Of a DNA stretch of 64,000 nucleotides, positions 26,584-35,285 are shown one piece after another. The stretch covers positions 7,955-71,954 of the forward strand of contig CALQIY020000001.1 in the NCBI GenBank assembly GCA_943330755.2, given 5' to 3'. This DNA is from Opitutus sp. GAS368. Its GTDB lineage: Bacteria > Verrucomicrobiota > Verrucomicrobiia > Opitutales > UBA953. A program made the translations under genes and the position numbers. Each line of letters starts with the position of its first letter. Positions within the stretch are counted from its first letter, which is position 1. Below the pieces are notes generated by a model. That model was not told where the DNA came from, made no database searches, and was given only the letters and a program-made list of their open reading frames with translations.

Positions 26584-28603
26584 CCGGCTCGGGCTGCAGG
26601 TGATTGGCCATCCCCAGGAACGCGTCTTGGGCCGATGGTCCGCGCCGACCGACTTCGAGGGCGGAACGATAGGCGCCCTCGGGCTGCAGGAACTTGGCGT
26701 CGCCGAGGCGCTCGGCATAGGTCCCCAGGATCTCCTGCTCCACGCGCTTGCGGAGGTGCTTGCTGCGGATCGGAAAAATGCACTCGACGCGGCGCAGGAA
26801 ATTACGCGGCATCCAGTCGGCGCTGCCCATGAGGATGACCGGATCGCCTCCGGCGTTCTCAAACCGGAACAAGCGGCTGTGCTCGAGGAAGCGCCCGAGG
26901 ACGCTGCGGACGCGGATGTTCTCGCTCTTGCCCGCGACGCCCGGGATGAGGCAACAAACGCCCCGGACCACGAGGTCTATCTTCACGCCCGCCTGCGAGG
27001 CCTTGTAGAGGGCCTTGATGACATCGGGGTCGACCAAGCTGTTCACCTTCGCGAAGATGGTCGCCTTACGGCCATGCTGCGCGGCCGAAGCCTCCGCATT
27101 GATGAGGTCGATGATGCCGCGATGGAGGTCGAAGGGAGCGACGAGGAGGTGCTTGAACTTCGGCTTGGCGAGATTGCCCGTCAAGACGTTGAAGAGCAGG
27201 CCCACGTCGGCCGTGACTTCTTCGTCGGCGGTGAACAAGGAGAAGTCGGTGTACAGCCGCGCGGTCTTGGGGTTGTAGTTCCCCGTGCCGAGATGGGCGT
27301 AGCGACGGAGGCCGCCCTTTTCCTGCCGCACCACCAGGCAGGCCTTGCAATGGGTCTTCAGGCCCGCGAGGCCGTAGACGACGTGGGCGCCCGCTTCTTC
27401 CAGCTGGCGGGCCCACTCGATGTTGTTGAGTTCGTCAAAACGCGCACGCAATTCGACCAACGCGGTGACTTGCTTGCCATTGCGCGCCGCTTCCTTCAAC
27501 GCCTCCACCACCGGGGAATCACCGCTGGTGCGATAGAGGGTCAACTTGATCGCGACCACCGATTCATCCCGCGCCGCCTGGCGGATGAAGTCGACGACCG
27601 GGTTGAAGGATTCGTACGGATGATGGAGCAGCAGGTCGTGTTTGGCGATACGGCTGTAGAGCTTCTGCGGGTCCGTGAAGTCGGGCGAAAGGACCGGTGC
27701 GAAGGAGGGATACAGCAGGTCCGGCCGGCCCACTTGGTCGATCAAGCTGCTCAGCCGGACCATGTTCACGGGGCCGGCGGAGCGGAAGGCGTTATCCGCG
27801 CCGAGGCCGATCGATTTGAGCAGCCACGTGACCTCCTCCTCGGGCGCCTGCGTCTCGATTTCGAGGCGGACCGGCGCGCCTTTGCGCAGGTTGCGGATTT
27901 CATCCTCGATCGTCTCGAGGAGATTGCCCGACTCCTCCTCGTCGACGTAAAGGTCGCTGTTGCGCGTGATCCGGAAGGCCCACGAACCGAGGACATCCAG
28001 GCCCGGGAAAAGTCGGTCCACGAAAAGCTCGATGACCAAACTGAGCAAAGTGAACGAACGCTTCGCGCCGGACCCCAGCGACAAGACGCGCGGCAACACG
28101 CGCGGAATGGGCACCACGGCGCGACGGACCTCGCCGGTTTCCGGGTCGCGCAGCTGGGCCAGCAGGTAAAGGCCTTTGTTCGTCAGCACCGGGAACGGGT
28201 GCGAAGGGTCAATCGCCAATGGTGTAAGCGCCGGCAAGATGTCGCGGTCGAAGCGCGGCGAGAGCTCCGCGCGATCGGCGTCGTCGAGCTGTTCCTTGGC
28301 TTTGACCACGATGCCTTCCTTGGCCAAGGCCGGAAGGAGCTGATCGCGCCAGCAGGCTTGCTGGGCGTCGACCAAGGCATGCGCCTGGCGGAGGACTTCC
28401 TGGAGGAATTCGCGCGTGGCCGGGTGCGTGGCGGACTCTTCCTGCTGCATGAGGCCGGCCACGCGGATCTCAAAGAACTCGTCGAGGTTGGAACTAACGA
28501 TGGAGAGGAAGCGGACACGCTCGAGCAGCGGGACGGAACCGTCCTCCGCGAGTTCCAGCACGCGGCGATCGAAGGTGAGCCAACTGAGTTCGCGATTAAA
28601 CAT
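26534..28603 (-). CDS. ppk1: polyphosphate kinase 1
   Basis: N-terminus MFNRELSWLTFDRRVLELAED; 689 aa from ATG 28603, close to the usual PPK1 length. The track start at 28804 is an extension. Confidence 0.93.
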   Translation of the reverse strand: MFNRELSWLTFDRRVLELAEDGSVPLLERVRFLSIVSSNLDEFFEIRVAGLMQQEESATHPATREFLQEVLRQAHALVDAQQACWRDQLLPALAKEGIVVKAKEQLDDADRAELSPRFDRDILPALTPLAIDPSHPFPVLTNKGLYLLAQLRDPETGEVRRAVVPIPRVLPRVLSLGSGAKRSFTLLSLVIELFVDRLFPGLDVLGSWAFRITRNSDLYVDEEESGNLLETIEDEIRNLRKGAPVRLEIETQAPEEEVTWLLKSIGLGADNAFRSAGPVNMVRLSSLIDQVGRPDLLYPSFAPVLSPDFTDPQKLYSRIAKHDLLLHHPYESFNPVVDFIRQAARDESVVAIKLTLYRTSGDSPVVEALKEAARNGKQVTALVELRARFDELNNIEWARQLEEAGAHVVYGLAGLKTHCKACLVVRQEKGGLRRYAHLGTGNYNPKTARLYTDFSLFTADEEVTADVGLLFNVLTGNLAKPKFKHLLVAPFDLHRGIIDLINAEASAAQHGRKATIFAKVNSLVDPDVIKALYKASQAGVKIDLVVRGVCCLIPGVAGKSENIRVRSVLGRFLEHSRLFRFENAGGDPVILMGSADWMPRNFLRRVECIFPIRSKHLRKRVEQEILGTYAERLGDAKFLQPEGAYRSALEVGRRGPSAQDAFLGMANHLQPEPVSAAPKARGRSVRRPR

Positions 28604-28775
28604 GACAGCCTGTAGTCCGTAGCCGGTTCCGAAGCCGTTGTCAGTACCGACCCGAAGGGGAGGGGGCTCGCCAAGCTGAAAAGAGCCTAAAAACCGCGTT
28701 TTGGGAGCACGCGGAATGTAACATCTTCGCAACACGCCCTTGGCAACCTTCCCCCGGGACGGTTGTCTATGGGGC

Positions 28776-30563
28776 ATGCCCCTCATTTCCGAAAAGGAGC
28801 TCAAGGCTTCTTATGACGTCATCATTGTTGGCTCCGGGGCCGGCGGCGGCCAATCCGCCTACACGCTGACCATGAACGGGGTGAAGGTCTTGCTGCTCGA
28901 AGCCGGTCGCAACTACGACCCCTTGACGGAGACGGCGATGTTCCAGACACCCAGTTCCGCCCCCCTGCGCGGGATTTCTCTGGAGGATAAACCCTTCGGG
29001 TTCTTCGACGCCACCGTGGATGGCGGCTGGCAGGTTCCAGACGAGCCCTATACCAACGCCTCCACCGAGGCGGAAAACAAATTCTGGTGGTGGCGCGCGC
29101 GCATGCTCGGCGGCCGGACGAATCACTGGGGCCGGATCTCGCTGCGTAACGGCCCGTACGATTTCAAGCCCTACTCGCGCGACGGCCTCGGCGTGGATTG
29201 GCCGATGAGTTATCAGGATGTCGCCCCCTATTACGATAAGGTCGAAATGTTGGTCGGAGTCTATGGCTCCAACGAAGGCCTGGAAAATACGCCCGACTCG
29301 CCCGAGGGTTGTTTGTTACCGCCGCCGAAGGCGCGGGCGGGTGAACTCTACATCAAGAAGCACGTCGCTCAGCTCGGGATCCCCGTGATTCCGATTCACC
29401 GGGCGATCCTGAGCACGAAGCAAGACGCCGACAACATCCCGGCCAAACTGCACCCGGGCAACCCGCGCGCCCAAGGTATCCTCGCGGAGGCCATGCGCCA
29501 ACGGGCCGCTTGCTTCTGGGCGACCGATTGCGGACGCGGTTGCTCAATCAAGGCCAACTACCAGTCCACCACGGTGCATCTCCCCCCGGCGATGGCCACG
29601 GGGAATCTGGACATCCTCCCCAATGCCATGGCCCGCGCGGTCACGCTGGACGCGCAGGGTAAAGCCAATGGCGTTTCCTTTATCGACAAGGTCACTGGTC
29701 GGGAAATCACCGCCAAAGCCCGCGTCGTCATTCTCGCCGCTAGCTCCGCCGAGTCCGCGCGCATCCTTCTCAACTCGAAGTCGGCGAAGTTCCCCGACGG
29801 TCTGGCCAACTCTTCGGGTGAAGTCGGCAAGAATATCATGGATACCGTGGGGGCCAGTTTAGGCGGTCAGGTACCCGCGTTTGAGAATCTCCCGATCCAT
29901 AATGAAGATGGCTCTGGGGACCATGTCTATGTTCCTTGGTGGCTTTACAAGGAACAGAAGGCGGGGAAGCTCGGCTTTGCCCGTGGTTACCACATCGAAT
30001 TTTCGACGGGCCGGCGGATGCCTAATGTCGGCGTCGCGGGTCCAGCTAAACCCGGGTACGGCAAATCCTTCAAGGAAGACCTCCGCCGCACGTACGGAAG
30101 TTTCATCGGCTTCTCGGGCCGCGGTGAAATGATTCCCAACAAGGACTCCTTCTGCGACCTCGACCCCACCGTCAAAGATAAGTGGGGCATCCCCGTGCTG
30201 CGTTTCCATTGGAAGTTCTCCGACCACGAACTGAAGCAAGCGCTCCATATGCACCAAACCTTCGCCCAGATGATTGAAGCCATCGGCGGAAAGGTCGGGG
30301 GCAAACCCGCCACCGACGGGGCGAAGGCCATCAAGCCTGGGGGCTTCATCATCCATGAAGTCGGCGGGGCCATCATGGGGGCCGACCGCAAGAAATCCGT
30401 GACCAACCAATGGAACCAATGCTGGGACGTCCCTAACTTACTCATCAACGACGGTGCCCCGTTCTGCAGCAACGCCGACAAGAACCCCACGCTCACCATC
30501 ATGGCGCTCGCCTGGCGGGCCTGCGACCACCTCATCGAAGAGATGCGCCAAGGTAACCTCTAA
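28776..30563 (+). CDS. GMC-family FAD oxidoreductase (gluconate 2-dehydrogenase flavoprotein-like)
   Basis: YDVIIVGSGAGGG dinucleotide fold and a GMC C-terminal domain. Confidence 0.85.
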   Translation: MPLISEKELKASYDVIIVGSGAGGGQSAYTLTMNGVKVLLLEAGRNYDPLTETAMFQTPSSAPLRGISLEDKPFGFFDATVDGGWQVPDEPYTNASTEAENKFWWWRARMLGGRTNHWGRISLRNGPYDFKPYSRDGLGVDWPMSYQDVAPYYDKVEMLVGVYGSNEGLENTPDSPEGCLLPPPKARAGELYIKKHVAQLGIPVIPIHRAILSTKQDADNIPAKLHPGNPRAQGILAEAMRQRAACFWATDCGRGCSIKANYQSTTVHLPPAMATGNLDILPNAMARAVTLDAQGKANGVSFIDKVTGREITAKARVVILAASSAESARILLNSKSAKFPDGLANSSGEVGKNIMDTVGASLGGQVPAFENLPIHNEDGSGDHVYVPWWLYKEQKAGKLGFARGYHIEFSTGRRMPNVGVAGPAKPGYGKSFKEDLRRTYGSFIGFSGRGEMIPNKDSFCDLDPTVKDKWGIPVLRFHWKFSDHELKQALHMHQTFAQMIEAIGGKVGGKPATDGAKAIKPGGFIIHEVGGAIMGADRKKSVTNQWNQCWDVPNLLINDGAPFCSNADKNPTLTIMALAWRACDHLIEEMRQGNL

Positions 30564-30575
30564 ATCCAACCTACC

Positions 30576-31229
30576 ATGACATCTTCTGATCACACCGCTC
30601 GCCTGATGCCTCGGCGCGTTGCCTTAAAGTGGCTCGCCGCGGCGGCCGCCGGCATGGCCTTGGCGGGGCGCGTAGACTTGGCGGCGGCCCAAGTCCCGAC
30701 TAAATCGGGCAAGCCCATCGGTACCGATCCCGTCCTCAATAAGGACTACAAGCCCGGCGAGCTGTGGCCGCTGCTCATGTCGCCGGCGCAGCGTCGGGCG
30801 GCGGCCGCGTTGGCCGACCTCATCATCCCACCCGAGGAGGGAGGCCTAAAGCCTTCGCAACTCGCGGTGCATGAGTTCATCGACGAATGGATCAGTTCGC
30901 CTTACGACCAGACCGCCAAGGACCGTCCCGTCGTCTTGGCCGGCTTGGACTTCCTGGATTCCGAGGCAAAGAAGCGCCATCAGGCCGTCTTCGCCGACCT
31001 CAATGCCGCGCAGCAAGCGGACATCGCGGACGCCATTTGCGGCGCGACCACCACGGCCCCCGCATACCGACCTCAGGTGAAATTTTTCGACCGCTTCCGC
31101 CATCTCACGGCGGGGGGCTATTACACCACACCCCAAGGCATGAAGGAAATCGGGTATGTGGGCAATCGGCCGACGCCCACGTTTGAGGGTCCCACGCCGG
31201 AAGCCCTCAAACACCTGGGGCTGGCCTAG
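30576..31229 (+). CDS. gluconate 2-dehydrogenase subunit 3 family protein (Tat signal)
   Basis: Twin-arginine leader MPRRVALKWLAAAAAGMALAG. It lies immediately downstream of the GMC oxidoreductase, the usual pairing. Confidence 0.7.
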   Translation: MTSSDHTARLMPRRVALKWLAAAAAGMALAGRVDLAAAQVPTKSGKPIGTDPVLNKDYKPGELWPLLMSPAQRRAAAALADLIIPPEEGGLKPSQLAVHEFIDEWISSPYDQTAKDRPVVLAGLDFLDSEAKKRHQAVFADLNAAQQADIADAICGATTTAPAYRPQVKFFDRFRHLTAGGYYTTPQGMKEIGYVGNRPTPTFEGPTPEALKHLGLA

Positions 31230-32386
31230 CGCGCCGAATACACAATCCGCAGCTCCGCCACGCCGCTGAGCCGGACCCGCGGGGCGGGGGCTTGCGCGTG
31301 GGCGATGACGTCGCCGCGCTCGAAGGTTTCGGCGAGCAACTTGATGTCGTGCTTGGAGAGGCCGCGGGTGGGCACTTCGACCGTCTGCAGCGCGCCACGC
31401 TGGATGCCGATGAAGCGCAACATGCCCTTGATGATCTGCACATCCGAGACCACGCGGACCGCCGCCGGGTCGAGAAGGGGAGTCTTTTGGTTCGAGAAAA
31501 GGGCGAAGGAGAAGCGGACTTCCCGCAAGTCGCGGTGAAGCTTGCGGTTGACGAACTCCGTGGAAACGGGCGCCGACCAGCGCCGGGCCTCGTGCGTCCA
31601 ATGCAGGCCTTGGGCCAACTGCGGGCAGGGCAGGGCATCGAGATCGGGGCCGAGGCGCGTCAACAGCCCTTCCGCCGCGACGCGATCGCTGAGTCGCTGG
31701 AGACGCTCCGAAGTCACCCGCAACGCCGGCTCGAGGATGATCAGCAGACCCTCGGGGTGCAGGCGACGCTTGAGTTCCGCGACCCAGCGCATCAGCCCGT
31801 CGGCATCCAGGTCCTTCAGTTCGTTGAGCACGAACCCGGCCACGATCACGTCGAAGGTTTCCTCCGGCCAGGCGGAGGGTCGACTCGCATCGCCCACGCG
31901 GGTCGAGACATCGACCTTGTCCCCCAAGACCGTCTCGGCGAAATCCTCGAGCGCCACCAAGGCGGAGGGCGATTTGTCGAGGGCATGTAGGCTGACGCGA
32001 TGGGCGCCGTCGGCGAGCAAGCGATGCGCCACCGAGACCCCGCACGACCCGGGACCGGAACCGAGGTCCAGGATGCGCGCACGGTCCGTGGGTGGGCGCC
32101 AACCGCGGAAGTCCAAGGCATAGGACAGCGCAAAAGAAGTCCGCGTGAAACTCTGCGGCAGGAAGAAGACCCCATAACCGGCAAGTAAGCTCGGCTCGGC
32201 GAAGTAATCGGGGAATGTCTTGTCGGGGCGTTCGGTCGTGAAGAGATCCGAAAGCCGCCCGACGGAGGGCATCAACCGCTCCAAGGCCAAGTCGCCCGCC
32301 AGTTCGGTGGCGACCTCGGCTTGGCGAACCCAAAACTGCTCGGCGGCGGGCGGGTAGCCGAAGCGAATGGACTCAGGCGCCGACAT
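31226..32386 (-). CDS. SAM-dependent methyltransferase (Rsm22-like)
   Basis: Motif I ILDLGSGPGS with overall Rsm22-like length and layout. The family call is tentative. Confidence 0.6.
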   Translation of the reverse strand: MSAPESIRFGYPPAAEQFWVRQAEVATELAGDLALERLMPSVGRLSDLFTTERPDKTFPDYFAEPSLLAGYGVFFLPQSFTRTSFALSYALDFRGWRPPTDRARILDLGSGPGSCGVSVAHRLLADGAHRVSLHALDKSPSALVALEDFAETVLGDKVDVSTRVGDASRPSAWPEETFDVIVAGFVLNELKDLDADGLMRWVAELKRRLHPEGLLIILEPALRVTSERLQRLSDRVAAEGLLTRLGPDLDALPCPQLAQGLHWTHEARRWSAPVSTEFVNRKLHRDLREVRFSFALFSNQKTPLLDPAAVRVVSDVQIIKGMLRFIGIQRGALQTVEVPTRGLSKHDIKLLAETFERGDVIAHAQAPAPRVRLSGVAELRIVYSAR

Positions 32387-32987
32387 CGCGTCGGCCCTCC
32401 AAGGCGCTGCGCAAAGTCGCCGGATCGGCGAAGGTCAAACCACTGCCGCTCGGGAGACCAAAACCGATGCGGGAAACCTTGATGGTATCCCGGATGCCAT
32501 GGATGCACTCGCGGACATAATGGCAGGTGGCTTCGCCCTCGATGTCATTGCCCAGCGCCAAGACGACTTCGGTGATGGGTTCGTCCCGTAGCCGCTGCTC
32601 CAAGGTCGTGAGGTTGAGGTCTTCCGGCCCCACCCCATTGATCGGCGAGAGTCGTCCATGCAGGACGTGGTAAGTGCCACGGTGAGCCAAGGAACGCTCC
32701 AGGGCCATCAGGTCGGGAACCTGCTCGACGATGCAAAGGGAGCCCGGATCGCGCTTGGGATCGCTACAGACCTCGCAGAGCGGGGCCTCGGCCAAACTGC
32801 CGCAACGGTCGCAACGCCGGACGCATTGGGCGGCCGCCTCCAAAGAAGCCAGCAGCGGCGCCAGCTTGGCCGGTTTTTCGACCAGGAGGTGCAAGGCAAT
32901 CCGTTCCGCGGAGCGATGCCCGAGGCCAGGGAGTAGGCGAAGGAGCTGGCGAACTTTCTCGAAGGACGGCGTCACGGGCGGGATCAA
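32373..32987 (-). CDS. recR: recombination protein RecR
   Basis: HhH LPGLGHRSAERIALHLL, Cys4 finger CDRCGSLAEAPLCEVC and a Toprim domain. The start is TTG 32987, or possibly GTG 32976. Confidence 0.92.
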   Translation of the reverse strand: MIPPVTPSFEKVRQLLRLLPGLGHRSAERIALHLLVEKPAKLAPLLASLEAAAQCVRRCDRCGSLAEAPLCEVCSDPKRDPGSLCIVEQVPDLMALERSLAHRGTYHVLHGRLSPINGVGPEDLNLTTLEQRLRDEPITEVVLALGNDIEGEATCHYVRECIHGIRDTIKVSRIGFGLPSGSGLTFADPATLRSALEGRRDVGA

Positions 32988-33289
32988 AGCCCGGGCAAGG
33001 AGAAGCCGGCCGTGGCCTTGGACATCTCCGCATCGTAGATTTCCTTGGCCTTGGTCGAGGCTTCTTGCAAGGCGGCCACCAGAGCCGTCTCCACGATCGC
33101 CTTGTCCTCTTTGAGGAACTCGGGGTCGATGGCCAAGCCGACGACCAAGCCATGGCCATTGACGGTCACCTTGATGGCACCGCCGCCATGGGAGACCTCC
33201 AGGCGTTGCTCGCCCAGACGTTGTTGGACCTCAGCGATGCCTCGTTGCATCTTCTGGGCCTGTTTAAGGAGTTTGCCTACGCCTGCCAT
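32984..33289 (-). CDS. ybaB: YbaB/EbfC nucleoid-associated protein
   Basis: MAGVGKLLKQAQKMQ..VNGHGLVVGLAIDPE.. Trimmed to ATG 33289. 4-nt overlap with recR. Confidence 0.9.
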   Translation of the reverse strand: MAGVGKLLKQAQKMQRGIAEVQQRLGEQRLEVSHGGGAIKVTVNGHGLVVGLAIDPEFLKEDKAIVETALVAALQEASTKAKEIYDAEMSKATAGFSLPGL

Positions 33290-33386
33290 AGTGCCGTCAC
33301 ATTCGACCAGCCGAGGCGATGAGTCAAGGGCGACCCACCGACGTCCCGGCTTGCGAGCGGGGCGAAAAGCCGTCAGACCTTGCTCC

Positions 33387-33692
33387 ATGGCTTCCCCCCG
33401 GGACATCCAGTTGGTCGGTGCCTTTGTGGCGGTGACCTGGGAGGACGGCCAAGAACACTTTCTCACGGGGGAGTTCCTCCGCGAACGTTCCCCCAGCGCC
33501 GAGAACATGGGCGAGGTCGACATCCTCGGCCAGCGCTGGGGCGGGGACGGGCCGCGTCAGTTCCCGGGCGTCACCGTCTTGGGGATGCAACGCGTCGGTA
33601 ACTATGCCGTGACCTTCGAGTTCAGCGACGGGCATCGGACCGGCATCTACAGTTGGGATTACCTCCGGTCCATCGCGGCCGACGCGAAATAA
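33387..33692 (+). CDS. DUF971 domain protein (gamma-butyrobetaine hydroxylase-like N-terminal domain)
   Basis: VAVTWEDGQEHF and GNYAVTFEFSDGHRTGIYSWDYLRSI. The upstream part of the track ORF is antisense to ybaB. Confidence 0.65.
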   Translation: MASPRDIQLVGAFVAVTWEDGQEHFLTGEFLRERSPSAENMGEVDILGQRWGGDGPRQFPGVTVLGMQRVGNYAVTFEFSDGHRTGIYSWDYLRSIAADAK

Positions 33693-33713
33693 AGTTTTTT
33701 ACGGATTGCGACC

Positions 33714-35285
33714 ATGGCCAAAAAGAAGACACTTACATTCGTGAAGAAAACCTACGTGTTGGATACGAACGTTTTGATTCATGACCCCGAATCGCTGTTC
33801 AAGTTCGACGAACACACCGTGGCAGTGCCGGTGGAAGTGCTGTCGGAACTCGATCGCCTGAAGACCCAGCCCGGGCAACTCGGCGCCAGTGCCCGCCGCG
33901 TCAATCGCTCGATCCGGGCGCTCTTCGAAAACCGCGCCTTGAAGGAAATCGCGGAAGGCGATCCCGCCAAGCCCGGCGCCCTGCGCGCCAAGCTGCGCGA
34001 CGGCGGCGAACTCCGCGTCGTCATCAACGACTCGCTCATCCGCGAGCACTTCAACGGCGAGCGCTCCGAGCGTCTGCGGGCGGTCTTCATGCAGGTCGAC
34101 GCCCCGGATCACCGCATCATCGCGTCCGCCCTTTACCTGCGCGACACCACCAAGGGGCCGGTCATCCTCGTCACCAAGGACGCGTGCATGGCCCTGAAGG
34201 CCCAAGCCTTGGGCCTGGAAGTCCAGGACTACCGCAACGACCGGATCGAAACCAGCGACGTCGGCGACTACAAGACCGTCGCCGTCACGGCGGCCGCGAT
34301 GCGCGATTTCAAGGAACTCGCCCAGGTCGAAGTGAAGCTGAAGGGGGAGGCCATTCCCGCCATCAATGAATACGTGATGCTGACCTCCAGCGATTGGAGC
34401 GAACCGGCCCGGCACGTGGGGGAAAATGTTTTCGTCCCGCTGGGACTCTACCGCGAATTCCTCTCGACGGATAGCGGCGCCCGGAAAGGACTGCAGATGC
34501 CCCGCGGCATGCGCGTGATCCCGAAGAACTTCGAACAGTGGATCTTCCTGGATGCGCTGCTCAACCCGGACATCAAGCTGGTGACCTGCTTCGGTCGGGC
34601 CGGCACCGGCAAGACGTTCCTGTCCATCGCCGCCGCGCTTTCGCAAGTCCTCAGCGACTTCTCGCCTTACAAGAAGCTCTACGTATCCCGCCCCGTCGTC
34701 CAGATCGGCAAGGACATCGGCGCCTTACCCGGCACCAAGGAGGAGAAACTTTCGCCGTACATCCAGCCGTACTTCGACAACCTCGAAGTGCTCTTTTCCC
34801 GCAATGGCGCCCCGGCGGCTCCACAGGTGGCACCCTCGAGCAAGGCCTTGGTGGCCACCGACTCGCAACGGAAGCAGAAGAAGGCCCAAGCCATGAAAGC
34901 GGCGCAGCCCATCTTCGGTTCCCAGTTCCAGCAGGTCGGTCAGCCCCGCAAGCCTTACCAGTGGTTGATCGACTCGGGCTTGATTGAGATCGAGGCGATG
35001 ACGTTCATCCGCGGGCGCTCCATCGGGCACGCCTTCATGATCGTGGACGAAGCGCAGAACATGACGCCCCACGAGGCCAAGACGGTCATCACGCGCATCG
35101 GCGAGGGCTCCAAGCTCGTGCTCATCGGCGACCTCGATCAGGTCGATACCCCTTACCTGGACGGCAAGTCCAACGGCCTCATCCACACGCACGAACGCAT
35201 GAAAGGCCACGCCATCACGGCCAATGTCCGGCTGTTGCACGGCGTCCGCAGCGTCTTGTCCGAACTGGCTTCCCAGCTGATGTGA
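33714..35285 (+). CDS. PhoH-family ATPase with N-terminal PIN domain (YlaK-like)
   Basis: PIN YVLDTNVLIHDP, Walker A GRAGTGKT and Walker B MIVDEAQN. Confidence 0.85.
   Translation: MAKKKTLTFVKKTYVLDTNVLIHDPESLFKFDEHTVAVPVEVLSELDRLKTQPGQLGASARRVNRSIRALFENRALKEIAEGDPAKPGALRAKLRDGGELRVVINDSLIREHFNGERSERLRAVFMQVDAPDHRIIASALYLRDTTKGPVILVTKDACMALKAQALGLEVQDYRNDRIETSDVGDYKTVAVTAAAMRDFKELAQVEVKLKGEAIPAINEYVMLTSSDWSEPARHVGENVFVPLGLYREFLSTDSGARKGLQMPRGMRVIPKNFEQWIFLDALLNPDIKLVTCFGRAGTGKTFLSIAAALSQVLSDFSPYKKLYVSRPVVQIGKDIGALPGTKEEKLSPYIQPYFDNLEVLFSRNGAPAAPQVAPSSKALVATDSQRKQKKAQAMKAAQPIFGSQFQQVGQPRKPYQWLIDSGLIEIEAMTFIRGRSIGHAFMIVDEAQNMTPHEAKTVITRIGEGSKLVLIGDLDQVDTPYLDGKSNGLIHTHERMKGHAITANVRLLHGVRSVLSELASQLM

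Noticed and set aside
33714-35285. PIN domain, considered as a possible toxin of a toxin-antitoxin pair.
   Set aside because: The PIN domain is fused to a PhoH ATPase (the widespread YlaK-type architecture). No small antitoxin ORF is adjacent, and the flanks are housekeeping genes (DUF971, mutS).
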